A stretch of 64,000 nt of DNA, from positions 66,030,001 to 66,094,000 of the forward strand of contig OX597824.1 of the NCBI GenBank assembly GCA_951406725.2, given 5' to 3'. A program made the position numbers and the translations under genes. This document shows, in pieces, positions 1 to 12,900 of this stretch. The stretch's first letter is position 1, and each line of letters opens with the position of its first letter. The notes under the pieces were generated by a model. The model saw only the letters and a list, made by a program, of their open reading frames with translations. It searched no databases and was not told the DNA's origin. Source of the DNA: Octopus vulgaris. Taxonomy: Eukaryota.

Positions 1-718
1 GATGAAATGCAGTCAATCCAGTGTAAAAACCGTGAAGATAGCTATTGCATGATTTTTCAATGACAGTTGGTGAACATTATAAGTTTGGGCTTTTCCTATT
101 GTTGTAATTTTTACCTATTGTCACATCATTTTCACCTGCCCAGGTAAGTTGATTTTCACATATTTACAAGTTATTGATTTCTAGGTGTTGATTTCCTGTC
201 ATAGAGCTTAATTTGTGCTCTAGTAATCTCTAACTTGGACGCTGCACAACTCTCATTAAAAAAACATTCCAGGATAGGCCTACATTATAAATTAGTGTTA
301 TTTACTCTCATCACAATAATAAACCTACCATTATATCAATAAAGTAATGTTCTTTTTAATCCTCACCATTTACTAGTAAAAGCATCAATGCACTCCTTCA
401 TAAATAAATCTCTATAAATTTCATGCTGACGTGTACAGAAGATACTGAAATGTTACTGATTATTTTTTCCAAGTCTAAGCTCTTTCCCTCAAATACTATT
501 TAAATCATTAATGAATAATATTACCAAGCTTTAACTCAATGTTTGAGGCATTATTTGCCATGATGTTAAAAAATTAAAGGAAAAATACCCATACATTTAC
601 TTAATAAACTGCAACAGTTGCTGTTAATTATGAACAAGACTTTAAAGGTTTACATAGAAAAACTGAGATCAAATGAAAAGAAAGTCTTGATGATAATTTT
701 GCAAATTCATTATTTCCT

Positions 719-724
719 TTTATT
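719..724 (-). promoter_or_regulatory. Candidate polyadenylation signal AATAAA for copy B
   Basis: AATAAA on the minus strand ~143 nt downstream of the stop codon. Confidence 0.45.
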
Positions 725-866
725 GATTACGAATATCAAATAATATATATTAATATGGTTGTAATATAAATATATATATATATATTTTTTTTTTAAATTA
801 GCATGTTCTTGAATAATCAGGAAGGAATTGTCAGCAGTGAGGGTATCATCTGTTTGGCTCCATTCA

Positions 867-929
867 TCACCCAGCTTCTTGTTTACATTTATCAACAACA
901 GAAACTGGTGGCAATATTTTTTTGAAATC
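867..929 (-). CDS. SPATA17: SPATA17-like copy B exon 10 (DFKKILPPVSVVDKCKQEAG*)
   Basis: ctctctaactgtag acceptor, phase 0, TGA at 867-869; resembles the SPATA17 C-terminal DFQTVLP segment. Confidence 0.85.
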   Translation of the reverse strand, partial: DFKKILPPVSVVDKCKQEAG

Positions 930-3900
930 CTACAGTTAGAGAGAAATTGCTATTAACAGATTTGACTTGCTGAAATTTTAAAATTTACAGAGGGTGCGTG
1001 TATGCATGCAAGTGGGTGTATGAAGGTATGTGTTATGCATGATGTTTCTGAGTTTTGACCATTAGTGAAGCTCTTAATCATTCAGGATACTCACATTTGG
1101 GTAACATGACCTCTGGATATGATGATCATCATCATCACCATCATTTAACGTTTGTTTCCCATACTGGCATGAGTTGGACAGTTTAACAAGGGGCTGGCAA
1201 GCTGGAGAGCTGCACCAAGTTCCAAATTTCTGTTTTGGCATGATTCCTGTGGCTTGATGCCCTGCCTAATGCCAACCACTTTACAGAGTGTATTTTTACA
1301 TAATGCCAGCACAAGTGCTCTTTATGTGGTACCAGCACAGGTGCTTTTTACATCCATTCTTAGCAATATTTAATCAATTACATATAACAAACAAAACATG
1401 GATTTTATAAGCAGACACTTCCACCACATCGTTCCTATGAATATGTTTGCTTGCATATATGCACATCAGTGTATGTGTGTGTGTTATTGTCAGACCTCAA
1501 GGGACACTCTACTAAATCATCAATCAAACTACTGTCCACTGTATTGTTTTACAGGCATATGCTCTTGTCACTGACACTCATTTCTCATGACCTCTTATTG
1601 ACAAGGATAATGACAGCATCACTGATTCTAACGAGAATTTCAAGGAAGAGCAGATGTAAATAAGCATGCAGATACATGCATGAGCACACACACACACACA
1701 CACACACACACAATGGCCTTCTTTTCAGTGTCCATCTACCAAATCCACTTACAAGGCTTTGGTTAACCCAGGGCTATAGTAGAAGACAATTGTCCAATAT
1801 ATTACACAGTAGGACAAAACTTGAAACCACATCTTTGGGAATCATAAAGCCATCCATCCTAAAAGAAAAGACATTAGATAATATGATCCTAGATAAACTG
1901 TATCTGGAAACATAAAGGATGAATATCCATGGATGGAATGCTTTTTAGTCATAGATCTGCTTGATCAGAGTTCAACTGGGACTAAACCACAAGACAGGAG
2001 CAATAAACAGGTTTCTATTTTGTTGCTTGGCTTGACCAGCTACAAATAATTGCCAAATCTTAACACAAATCACACCTTACTGTCTTGTAGGTGAAGAAAC
2101 AAAAGAAAAATGTAGAAGTATGTTCTGCTAAAGAGACTATCTGGACGAAATGTTTCACAGCATTTCTTTGGTTTTATATTCTGAGTTTTGACTATAACTT
2201 CTGCTTGATCAAGGATAACATGGACTAAACAACCAACAACAGCAACAACTTGATGCTTCTTGACAGTAAATATTTCTCATGGCACTCCAACGGTTATGAC
2301 AAAGAGGGTTTCAGTTGATCCAATCAACGGAACAGCCTGCTCATGAAATTTACGTGCAAGTAGTTGAGCACTCCACAGACATGTGTACTTTTAACGTAGT
2401 TCTTGGGGAGATTCAGCATGACACAGAGTATGGCAAGGCTGGCCCTTCGAAATACAGGTACAACAAAAACAGGAAGAAAGAGTGAGAGAAAGTTGTGGTG
2501 AAAGGGTACAGCAGGGTTCGCCACCACCGGAGCCTTGTGGAACTTTAGGTGTTTTCACTCAATAAACACTCACAATCCAGGTCTGGGAATCTGGGAATCA
2601 AAACAAGTTTGCTGCCATTGTGCCTCCATAGTAAATATTTACACATAAGGGAACTAGATCATTCAGAATCAGCTTATCCCTGGACCATCATAGGTGAAAA
2701 AATTCAAAGGGTTATTGACCAGAAATTGGAAACTTCTGTACTCAGAAGCTGTAACTTTTGTTGTCTACTGCTGTCAACCCCATCACTCAACAACCTATTC
2801 ACCTATTTTATTGAACAACTTACCTTCTTTCCTGTGGACAAACAGGATTTATATTCCCTGAAGTTCAGTCTTCCATACACAGGGAGTTTATAGGGGGTAT
2901 CATTACAGATACGTGGTTCATACTTTGGTTCATCAACCTTGCTTGGTAAGCAACTGGAATGGTAAACAATTCTGGGTTAATTACACAAATACAGTAAACA
3001 AAGCTGGATTAATATAGCGTTACCGTATAAAGTGGAAATAGTTTATCTGCAAGGAATACTAGAGGTGACTAGCTGGAGTATACCGTACAGTTGAAGATGG
3101 TTAACGGGGTAGTTGGGTCACAGTTTACAATCAGAATGGGTTGTTAGATTTTAGTGTACAGGGAAATGGATTAGTATCTAGGTTTCAATGTGTAGTGGGT
3201 TAGTTGTTGAATACTTTATACAATGGGGGTGGGAAGGACTATACACGTAGTAGGTACTGCCAACTTTCTTACATGTCATAAAAATGAAGTCTACAAAACT
3301 CCGATTGGTCTCACATTTTACCCGTTTTATTTTACTGTTTCATTTTACCCAAAGTAGTAATGTTCTTTGGATTTACCTCACACAAATCTATCACCAGTAT
3401 CTTTCCTACATCAACAGTTGACTTCAGTCAATACTGGTAGAGTACAAAAAATCTGTATCAGTTTTAGAATGACACCCCTACGTAGCACAGTCAGTTATAC
3501 CAGCCTGAGTTACCTAGACCATTGAAAAACAAGTAAGTGTCTTGGGCATTGCAAAATGCTACTGACTACAAATGAGTCACCAATCTTTAAGCTATCCAGT
3601 ACCCATTGATTTGACTACCTGTAGATAACTCTCACAATTCATTTGGAGAAATTTGAGAAGTTTTGTGTAACAGAATTCCCTGAAAAGTATTGCACCTTGA
3701 ATTTAAATCCAACCAAAGTTATTAAAAAAATCCCTTTATAAAGACCTTATTGGACACAGTTACCTCATCAGTATATCAAAGATTATTGTAAGAAAGAAAA
3801 AGAAAAAATTATTTACAAATTTCCATAATGTTTCTGAGATAATTCTGTCTTAAACTTATTCCAAGCTTTAACCAGATGGTCAACATCTGTTTCAGTTTGT

Positions 3901-6900
3901 AGATTGGGATTTAAAGGCTTATAGCGCTTTCGCATCACTTGTTCGGGATTTAGGAATGGCCCCTGTTAACAAAGAAAGGCATGAAAATTAACAATAAATA
4001 GTAGATATTTCCAAGTTTTGTATTCAGTTAGAAACGTAATCTGTGTGTGTGTGTATTTGTGCATGTGTGTGTGCAATCATTGATTTTGGCTAAACATATT
4101 TGGAGTGATGGATGAAATGGTTGAGTGCCTAAAGTCTAGTACTTCTGTAACATGTATTAGATATCCAAATCTACTAAAAATGTTTCTTTGTGTTTGTAAC
4201 AGGATGAGAGGTCTATAACACTGGATGGGTGCAGCTTACATCTTTACATTAAAATATTAACCAAAGGAAAGAGTCAAGACTTCCGATTAATTTCAACAGC
4301 ATAAATATTTTATTTCTGAATTTGCAGTATATACATTCTTCTTTCAGGGCGAATCGGCAGCCCAGGAGCTCGTCGCAGTAGTCAAGTGGAGTGAGCCAAA
4401 TCCTGTCCGTTCAAGCATAGCATAGAAAATGCCACGAGGTAGCAGCTTGAGAGAGCTGCTAAAACACGACTGTCTTATTCGGCTGCCAGTGTTTGAGAGG
4501 TCAATACGAGGGAAAATTCCAGTTTCTGTGCAGGCGCATGAGGGAACTTCTGGCAGGCCGCCCGAAGGAATCCAACTCTGCGCATGCATGCTGAAGATTT
4601 CCAAGATGGCGTCACTACATGTTTTTAAACAGGAAATTTAATCCTACATTGCTTCTACAATTCTATATTCCTGAGATGAGAAACTTATATTATGTTTCTA
4701 TTAATATATTATGTTCCTGTTAGTTGGACTGGTGTCCTCATCTTGATTGTTACTCCCTTTACATTTTGGCTTTTCTACACTCCAGCCTTCTTCTTGTGTT
4801 GAATTTAGTTGTATCAGAATTCTGACACAACTGAGTTCAACAAAAGACACCTGAAGAAGGTTGGAGTGTACAAAAGCCAAAACGTAATGAAAGCAACAAT
4901 CAAGATGAGGACACCAGTCGGACTAATAGAAACAGTGTCTTTTGATTTGGTTTTACTTTTCAGGCCTTGGAAAGTCATATAGGAAGAAATCCCTTTCACT
5001 CAATTACCTATTAACTTTTATATTGTATATAACACCACTTTTGCATCATCAGAGATTGTGTCTTTGGGTTAGATTATATTCTTGACAATAATGCTTTCTT
5101 TTAAGTAGTTTGTAGAATTAAAAAAAGATTCAGTTGAATTATGATAAAAGCATTTATAAATGAGAGGTGCCATCCATTTCAAACAAGGCTAATACTAAGA
5201 TCAAAGAAATTAAAGTAAGCAGTATGTCTTTTGTTTTTGGTGTTGGTAAGGTGAGCTATTTCCAGCTTGTCAATTGACTGCATAGAGGCTCCTTCATTAG
5301 CTTATGGTGTGTGCACATGTGAGAGAGAGAGAGAGGGGGGTGGTGCTTGATTTTAAGTTGGGTAGCGTGAAAGATATAGGATGTGCCTTGCTTCATAGTG
5401 AAACATTGTAGCTATGAAAAGGAGGTTGGCATTTGATGCTCTTATTCTCAACAGCCACTCAAGTGTGAAATGATGTTTAGTTTACAGACAGTTAAACTGA
5501 AACAATTTGACAATGGCTCATAGAAGATTTCAGTGTGTAACCTTATTGTTTCCAGTGTGGAAAAATCAACTAATTTTATTTTCTAAACCGATTTAAACAG
5601 ATTGAGGTTTCATGAGGATATTGAACACTAAGTGTTCCAAGTGAACTCAAGATCTCTTGCAGAAGATATTCTGGAAAGGTTTCCTTCTACTTTTATAGTC
5701 CTCCCAAAAACTTGAGCTTTACTTGCAAGCTAACAAAAGTCTCATTAATTCAGTGATTTAAAGAATGATAGAATTAGTAACAGAAGGATAAGATAGTAGA
5801 TTAACAGAATGGACCTATAACTCTAATGGATCATTGGTACACCACTGAAGAGATCTGGTCAAAAGAAGAATATACAAGAATGATTTTTTTCATGCCTTCT
5901 TTAAGAACATCTACATTATGTCTTTTGCAGCATCAGTTTACTTGGAGGTGAACTGATGTTGCATAAGGCAAATGTTCATGGGCTTAGTGCCAATGACAGA
6001 ATATGAGCCATCAATCTTCCACTCACCAGTTCAACATGCTATCAACATAACCAACTTTAGATTAATTAGCTAATTTTTACTACTGTAGGCACAAGACCTG
6101 AAATTTCTGGAGAAGTAGCTAGTTGATTACATGAATCCCAGTGCTCAACTGGTACTTATTTTATTGACTCCAAAAGGATGAATGGTAAAGTTGACCTCAG
6201 CAGAATATGAACTTGGAATGTAAAGATAGATGAAATGCTACTAAGAATTTTGTCTGCATGCTAATGATTCAATCAACTTACTGCCTTATGATTAATTAAA
6301 AAGAATTTCTACCTGAGGCTTCTGAAGACCAGCTGATTTTTCCGAGACTAATTGTTCATATCCCTCATGGGTAATATCTGGTGGCTTTTTCCTAGGTTTT
6401 TTTCCAGTGAAGCACAAAGATTTCAGGAAATTCTCAGCTTCATGGTTCTGACTTACACAAAACAAATATTTTAGATATTTTCTATTAGGTAAGGAAACAG
6501 TGAAATGGAGTTTTTCATACACATAAATACAGACAAAATTTACATACATTTTTAAAGTTTTGGGTCGTCTGGGGCTCTTACTCTATTTGTTTGGATAGAT
6601 GATTTGATATCATATAGCTAAAAGTAGCATAACAAATAAGTTCACTCTCAAAACAATACAATGTTGACTGTAAACATGGAAACATGACAGCCCAGCAGAA
6701 TATATTGAAAATATATACTATCAAGTATATACAAACAAGTTATTTTTAATCAAATACCATTTAATCCTTTAGCATTCAGACTACACTGTCAAATGTAATG
6801 CTTGTTTGTTCACATTGTTCTGAATTAACCTCAAAGCTCTGAGATTTCAATGATGTGATTGTTTAATTTTAGAATGACATTGTAGGGTAGGTGTAAGAGG

Positions 6901-9900
6901 CTAGATCTGGTCAGTTTGAACATGACAGCAAGGTTTTCTGGAAATATGTGCACTCAAAGCAGAGACCTCACTCTCCAGTGGGCCCTCTTCGCAACCCTCA
7001 CACAAACCAGATCACTGACGACCCCAAGGAATGCGCAGAACTCATTGCCGAGTGCTATGCAAACATATTCACTGTTGAAAGTCAAAATGTACCATCTTCA
7101 CCATCACTAACAGCAAACTCCATAACAACTATGGAATTTACACCTGCAATGCTGCGACGTCACCTTCAAAATAAGCACAACTATGCCTCCCATGGTCTCG
7201 ATGGAGTTACATACCTGCTTCTCAAACGTGGCAGGCACTTCCTTTTACACCAGCTTTCTATTTTCTTCCAGTACTGTCTCAACAATGGTGCTACTCCGGA
7301 GCAGTGGAAAACTGCCAGTGTCATTCCTCTGTTCAAAAAGGGCGACCGCACATCACCTGTCAACTATCGCCCAGTCAGTCTCACTAGCTGTATTGCAAAA
7401 CTGATGGAATCGTGTGTCAGAGAAACACTCTGGAACTTCTGGAGCTCTCACAGTCTCATCCGACCCTCACAATATGGATTTGTCCCTAACTCCAGCTGCA
7501 GTGACCAGCTTGTCGAGTTCCTTGAGGACATTACTCAGATTACTGACAGTGGCTCATGGGTGGATGTTGTCTACCTTGACTTTGCTAAGGCTTTCAACTC
7601 TGTGCCACACAAAAGGCTTATGGTGAAACTCTCTGCAATGGGTGTGGGGGATGACCTTTTTAACTGGTTGAAATCCTTCATCCTCAGCCGAAAGGAGGTA
7701 GTCACAGTTCTAGGACAGCACTCTACACCATATGAGATGTCATCGGGTGTACCACAGGGATCTGTCCTTGGTCCCCTCTTGTTTGTGGCATACATTAACG
7801 ACATAGATGCCAATTTAAAGAATGCCACAGTATTGAAATATGCAGACGACATCAAGCTGTACCTTGAAATCAAGAGGACAGATCCTGATGTCTACAACTC
7901 TTTCCTGCAATCAGACCTAGACACAATGCAGCAATGGATCACAGACTGGCAACTGAAACTGGCTGTGGACAAGTGTACCACCATGCATTTTGGGAGAAAA
8001 AACCCTGCGTTCACATACTCCCTCCACAACACTGATATCAAGAAATCCTCTTGTGAGCGTGACCTAGGCATCACTGTCAGCAGTGATTTGCGTTGGTCAA
8101 AGCATATCTCTAAGATTGTCAGGAAGGCCGAGGGTGTCTTGGCATCACTCAGCAGGTCTTTTGTTAGCCGCTCTCCAGCCATCTATTTAAAACTGTATAC
8201 AGCTATGGTACGACCACACTTGGAATTCGCATCATCAGTTTGGAACCCCTATCTTGCACAGAACATTGACCTCCTGGAATCTGTCCAGAGACGTGCAACC
8301 AAACGCATACCCTCCATCAGACACCTACCATATTCTGAGCGCCTTGTTTCCCTGGGCATGGATTCACTGAAGCTCCGGCGTTTGGCGACGGACTTGGTAA
8401 ACACCCACAAAGTTATCAACCACCTCACCAACAACAACACTGAACACCTTTTTGATCTCCATGTGTCTAACACACGTGGACATGCCTACAAAGTCAGAAA
8501 ACAATACAGCTCCCATGACTTTCGGAAACATTTTTTCACGCTCAGAATTGCTGAAGCATGGAATAAACTGCCTGCGTCAGTTGTTGACTGCCATGACACT
8601 GCATCTTTTAAGGCCCTCATGCTTTCCGAAATCCGCCGAAACTACACCTGATTATATATACACTTTAGATGAGTTGTAGTGCACCTGAGCACTGTACACA
8701 ATTATTATTATTATTATTATTATTATTATAAAGCTGATAGGATATTTACGCCAAATATGGCTGGTTTAAATGCTAAGTTGTTGAACACCATCATCAACAT
8801 TTTTATGTCTACTTTTCCATGTGGCATGGGTTGGATGGGACTTTTTGGAGTAGTGTATTATGGAGAGATGACCGTTCTGATATCAACCTTCATAGCTACC
8901 TCTTACTACATGAATTAAAATTTTTGAAACAAAACTCCCTGTTAAAGACTAAGGAGTCATCCCCTGAAAACAGCACTCACTAATGGCAACTTTCTCACAG
9001 ACCTGATGAACCTATATTACTGAACTACCTCCACATATCAGCAATTTACTTACATTGGTACAATGCCATAAAATTGCAAGAGACAATGGATTATATCAGT
9101 TGTCTCTTCTCTTCCACATATATATTTGTGATCTGTTTTATTATCCCTTGAATGATAAATAGAAACATTAAAAATATCATAGGGGAAACTGAACTCTAAA
9201 TTTCCAACCATTCCACACGCTCTTAGAAAAGATACTCTGGAGTAGTTGACTCTTAATTATATTAACCCTTACAAGAACCTGAATTCAGTATTGAAAACTA
9301 ACAAAACTAATTCTGTGATTTACAATACACATTCACAGAAAGACAGAATTAGTTGAGCAGAATGATGAAAACTCTAACAGAATTAGAATTAATTCAAAAT
9401 ACAAAAAGTTAAAATCAAATATGCTCCACCACTTAACATGTTTTCCATGCTGTCAAGGGTTGGATGGTTTGACACGAGCAGGCAAGCTAGATGATTGTGT
9501 CATACTCCAATGTTTACTTTAGCATGGTTTCTGTGGCTCAGTGCCCTTCTTAATGCTAGCCAATTTGCAGAGTGTACAGGGTGCTTTTTTCTCATGGCAG
9601 CAGCATTAATGAAGTCACTCTGCAACTTGTAAGATAAAGAACCCCACAACTGAGTGATAGTATAACAGAGAGAATTTAATTGTGAATTTTATTATTGTAT
9701 AATCTCAGAATTTTGCAAATATTTTTGCAGTGCTAAACAAGCTTAGTTACCAAAATTGGGGGATAGTAATGGTCTATACTAGCAGAAATCAGTTAGTAAA
9801 TATACAATTGGGACAAGCATGTTTGATATGCAGTGAAAAAAAGTGGAAGTAAATATTTCAGGTGTGGCCTTTCAATGTTATGGGCTGCTCTGAGTTTGAA

Positions 9901-12900
9901 AGGGAATATTCCAAGATGTTTTACTACACAAAAGTTTATGAGATAGTGGTTAAATTTACAAAGTGTTCTCATCTGTTATTAACAGGTAACAATATGTGGA
10001 ATGAAATCTATTAACTGCCTTACCCGAATGGTGAATTATAAACACCAGGAATGACTGCTGTACTTATTAGATGATGTTTCTTATAAGCTTGAGTTTTCTG
10101 GACTTCTTTTTTATAATTCATGAGAATTTCTTTCTCAATATCACTCTTTTTCTTTACAAATTCAGTAATGTGTGTACTAAAATAAAATTAAAGAGACAAG
10201 ATTCCAGTAGTCAGATAGTCCTTCATGAACAACACACATCTAAAACCCTCAAGGTTACTACAAATCATTGATGTTTTTCAGTGATTTCGCATACAAAATA
10301 TAGCAAAACTGCATCACAAAAACTGAGCTCTCTTTTTCAAGCAGTGAAAATACTTGATGTGTTAACTTTTTACAATGGAGTATTGTTTCCATATCTGAAA
10401 CAGTGTTGTTGCTGCATATATAAACATTATAGACAGAGAAAAGGGAAAAACAATCCACCCAACTGAAATGTGCAGTAACACACAGAAATTCTGGTCCACA
10501 GCATATTGTCTTCTCACTGTCTTTCTATCACTGCCATAGTAGCCTCAGTTCTTTAGAGCTGGCTGGTCTCATACCACCTTCACCCAGGCCCAGGAATTAT
10601 TAAATTATTTTTGTGATGACTTATTCAGACAAGGGAGTGCAGTACATACAACCTTTTTTCAGGGCCTCTATGATTGGTAGAAGGAAGGGAGGAAAGGTAT
10701 TATTGTTAGGCCTGAACACTTGTAGCAGAGATGGACTTCACTGCAGTATTAAACTGGGCAACAAATGATATCTACTATCCAAGAACAGAAACAGTTTCCT
10801 TGATAGGTTTCCAAACAATTTTCTGCAACAAAATTTCTCTCATGTGCCATTGGTTGATCAAAAGCTATGATAATAGACACTTGACAAAGATGCCATCCAA
10901 TGAGATCAAACCTGAAACACTATATTTGTGAAGCAAACTTCTAGACTGCACAGAAATGCTCATTCCCATGGATATGCAATAAGAACAAATAGTAACCAGA
11001 ATAGAGGTAGCTGATAGTAGAAAGGCATAGAAATGTTCTAGCTTTATGATTGCATAATATTAATGGATAGAATTGTTGTTAAACACCAGGTCAGGTTTGA
11101 TCAAGCATGCAGACATACAACTAAGTAAATGCATTCAGGCTCCTTCATTGGATTGTGACAGAAGCTACAGGTAAGTCTATAAAACAGATCTAGATCACAA
11201 AAGACATATTAATAAAAATGATCAGAGAATCAGTCTACTTACAGATAGTAAGAATTCTTTTCAATAATCAACTTCAGTTGATCCTTACGCTTGTAGAAAT
11301 TTAGAATGTATTTCCGACTGTAATATCCTTTCCATACCTTCTGAATCTGTATGAGTAATATATATATATGCAAAGTTTAGGTTAGGTAACATAGGTTTGT
11401 GACATATTTCAGCTGCTAAAAGGCAAATTCACTGCAGTTACTGTAGAGGAAACTTTTCTTTTATAGTAAAAAGGTGTGAAAGCACCCTATCTGTTTAATG
11501 TCACCATCTATTAGAATTCCCAAACATCAATGTTTCTAGCTCATTGGCTTTTATCAATGGGAAGTACTTAAGAGAGGCAACTCTGAACAGATCTTATAAA
11601 ACAAGAGCTTCATGTAAAATACAGTCAACAACATTGACTGATTTGTGCTGGTAGATCACCAGATTGTGGAAATTACTGAAATATTCGCGCCAAACAGTAT
11701 TTAGGCAGAAGCAAAGTTTAGATTAGTTAGAAAATGTTTGTGACATATTTCAACTGTGAAAAGGCAAATTCACTGCAGTTAACATAGAGAAAATGTTTTT
11801 CTTATGGTAAAAGGTGTGGAAACACCCTATCTCTTCAGTGTCACCATCTATTAGGATTCCTGGACATTGATGTTTCTAGCTCAGATGCACTCACAGACAC
11901 ACATGCCCTAACATGACAAGCACCCACCCAATAAACCCTTTTCTACCCCCACCAATACAGGTACCTCTCCACACCCCATGCATACATGCCCCCAGAGAAT
12001 TTAACCAAAGTTTTAACTAAAACATAAACAAAAACACACAAACGAACACACAGATGCCTATGCAGCCTTTGGTACCCACCTTGGAAATGCTGCACATATA
12101 GTACCACTGCACACATTCTAGTTCTATAGGAAAACCAACTCTAAAACATACATTTTCCCATACACTCTTTTCCAGAAAACACTTGTTCCCTCACATCACA
12201 CCCAGAGATGATACTTTGGTGCCAAGGGACATAACTCTTAAATTAACCCTTGTTTGGTTCGTTTCATCATCTGTTACACAGCAACTACAAACCGGATGTG
12301 TCTGTTCACCTCCAACAATAGAGAGCAGTCTCCATATTTCATTCCATAACTGCTATCTCTGAAGAGTGCATAGTTGCATAATCAGGTTGTTACCTAATAC
12401 TCCATCGAACTTCACTCAAAACTGATTAGTAAGATTGGCCATAATAGATATATAATACTGTACACTTCAATTAATAAATACACACACACACGAGGATCAG
12501 CTGAAAAGTTCCTAGGTTGACTAAGACACTCTCATGGAATGTGAGGAAATGAGGTTTATTTTTCAACATAGTCCCAGCATAATTCCCCTCCACACATTTC
12601 TTCCATCAGTGTTGCAGTGCTTGGATTCCATTGGTGAAGATTTCATCTTGTTGTTTAGAAAGTCCTCTACAGCATATATGAGGTCATCATTACTATTATT
12701 CTGGTTCCCAGACAAGTGTTTTATCATGTTGGAGAACAGATGATAATCAGATGGGACCAAATCAGGAAGGGAGGTTAATCAATCAATTCAAAGCCACAGT
12801 CATGCACAGCAGCCATTGAAACGAAGATATGTGAAACAAGATCCCTTTAGTTAGTTTTGCTCAGCATTTAATCATGATAGCCGAAGAGGACTTCTGATGT

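Noticed and set aside
5926-5963. 16-bp hairpin as a miRNA precursor
   Set aside because: The stem is too short and probably part of a repeat fragment; there is no other support.
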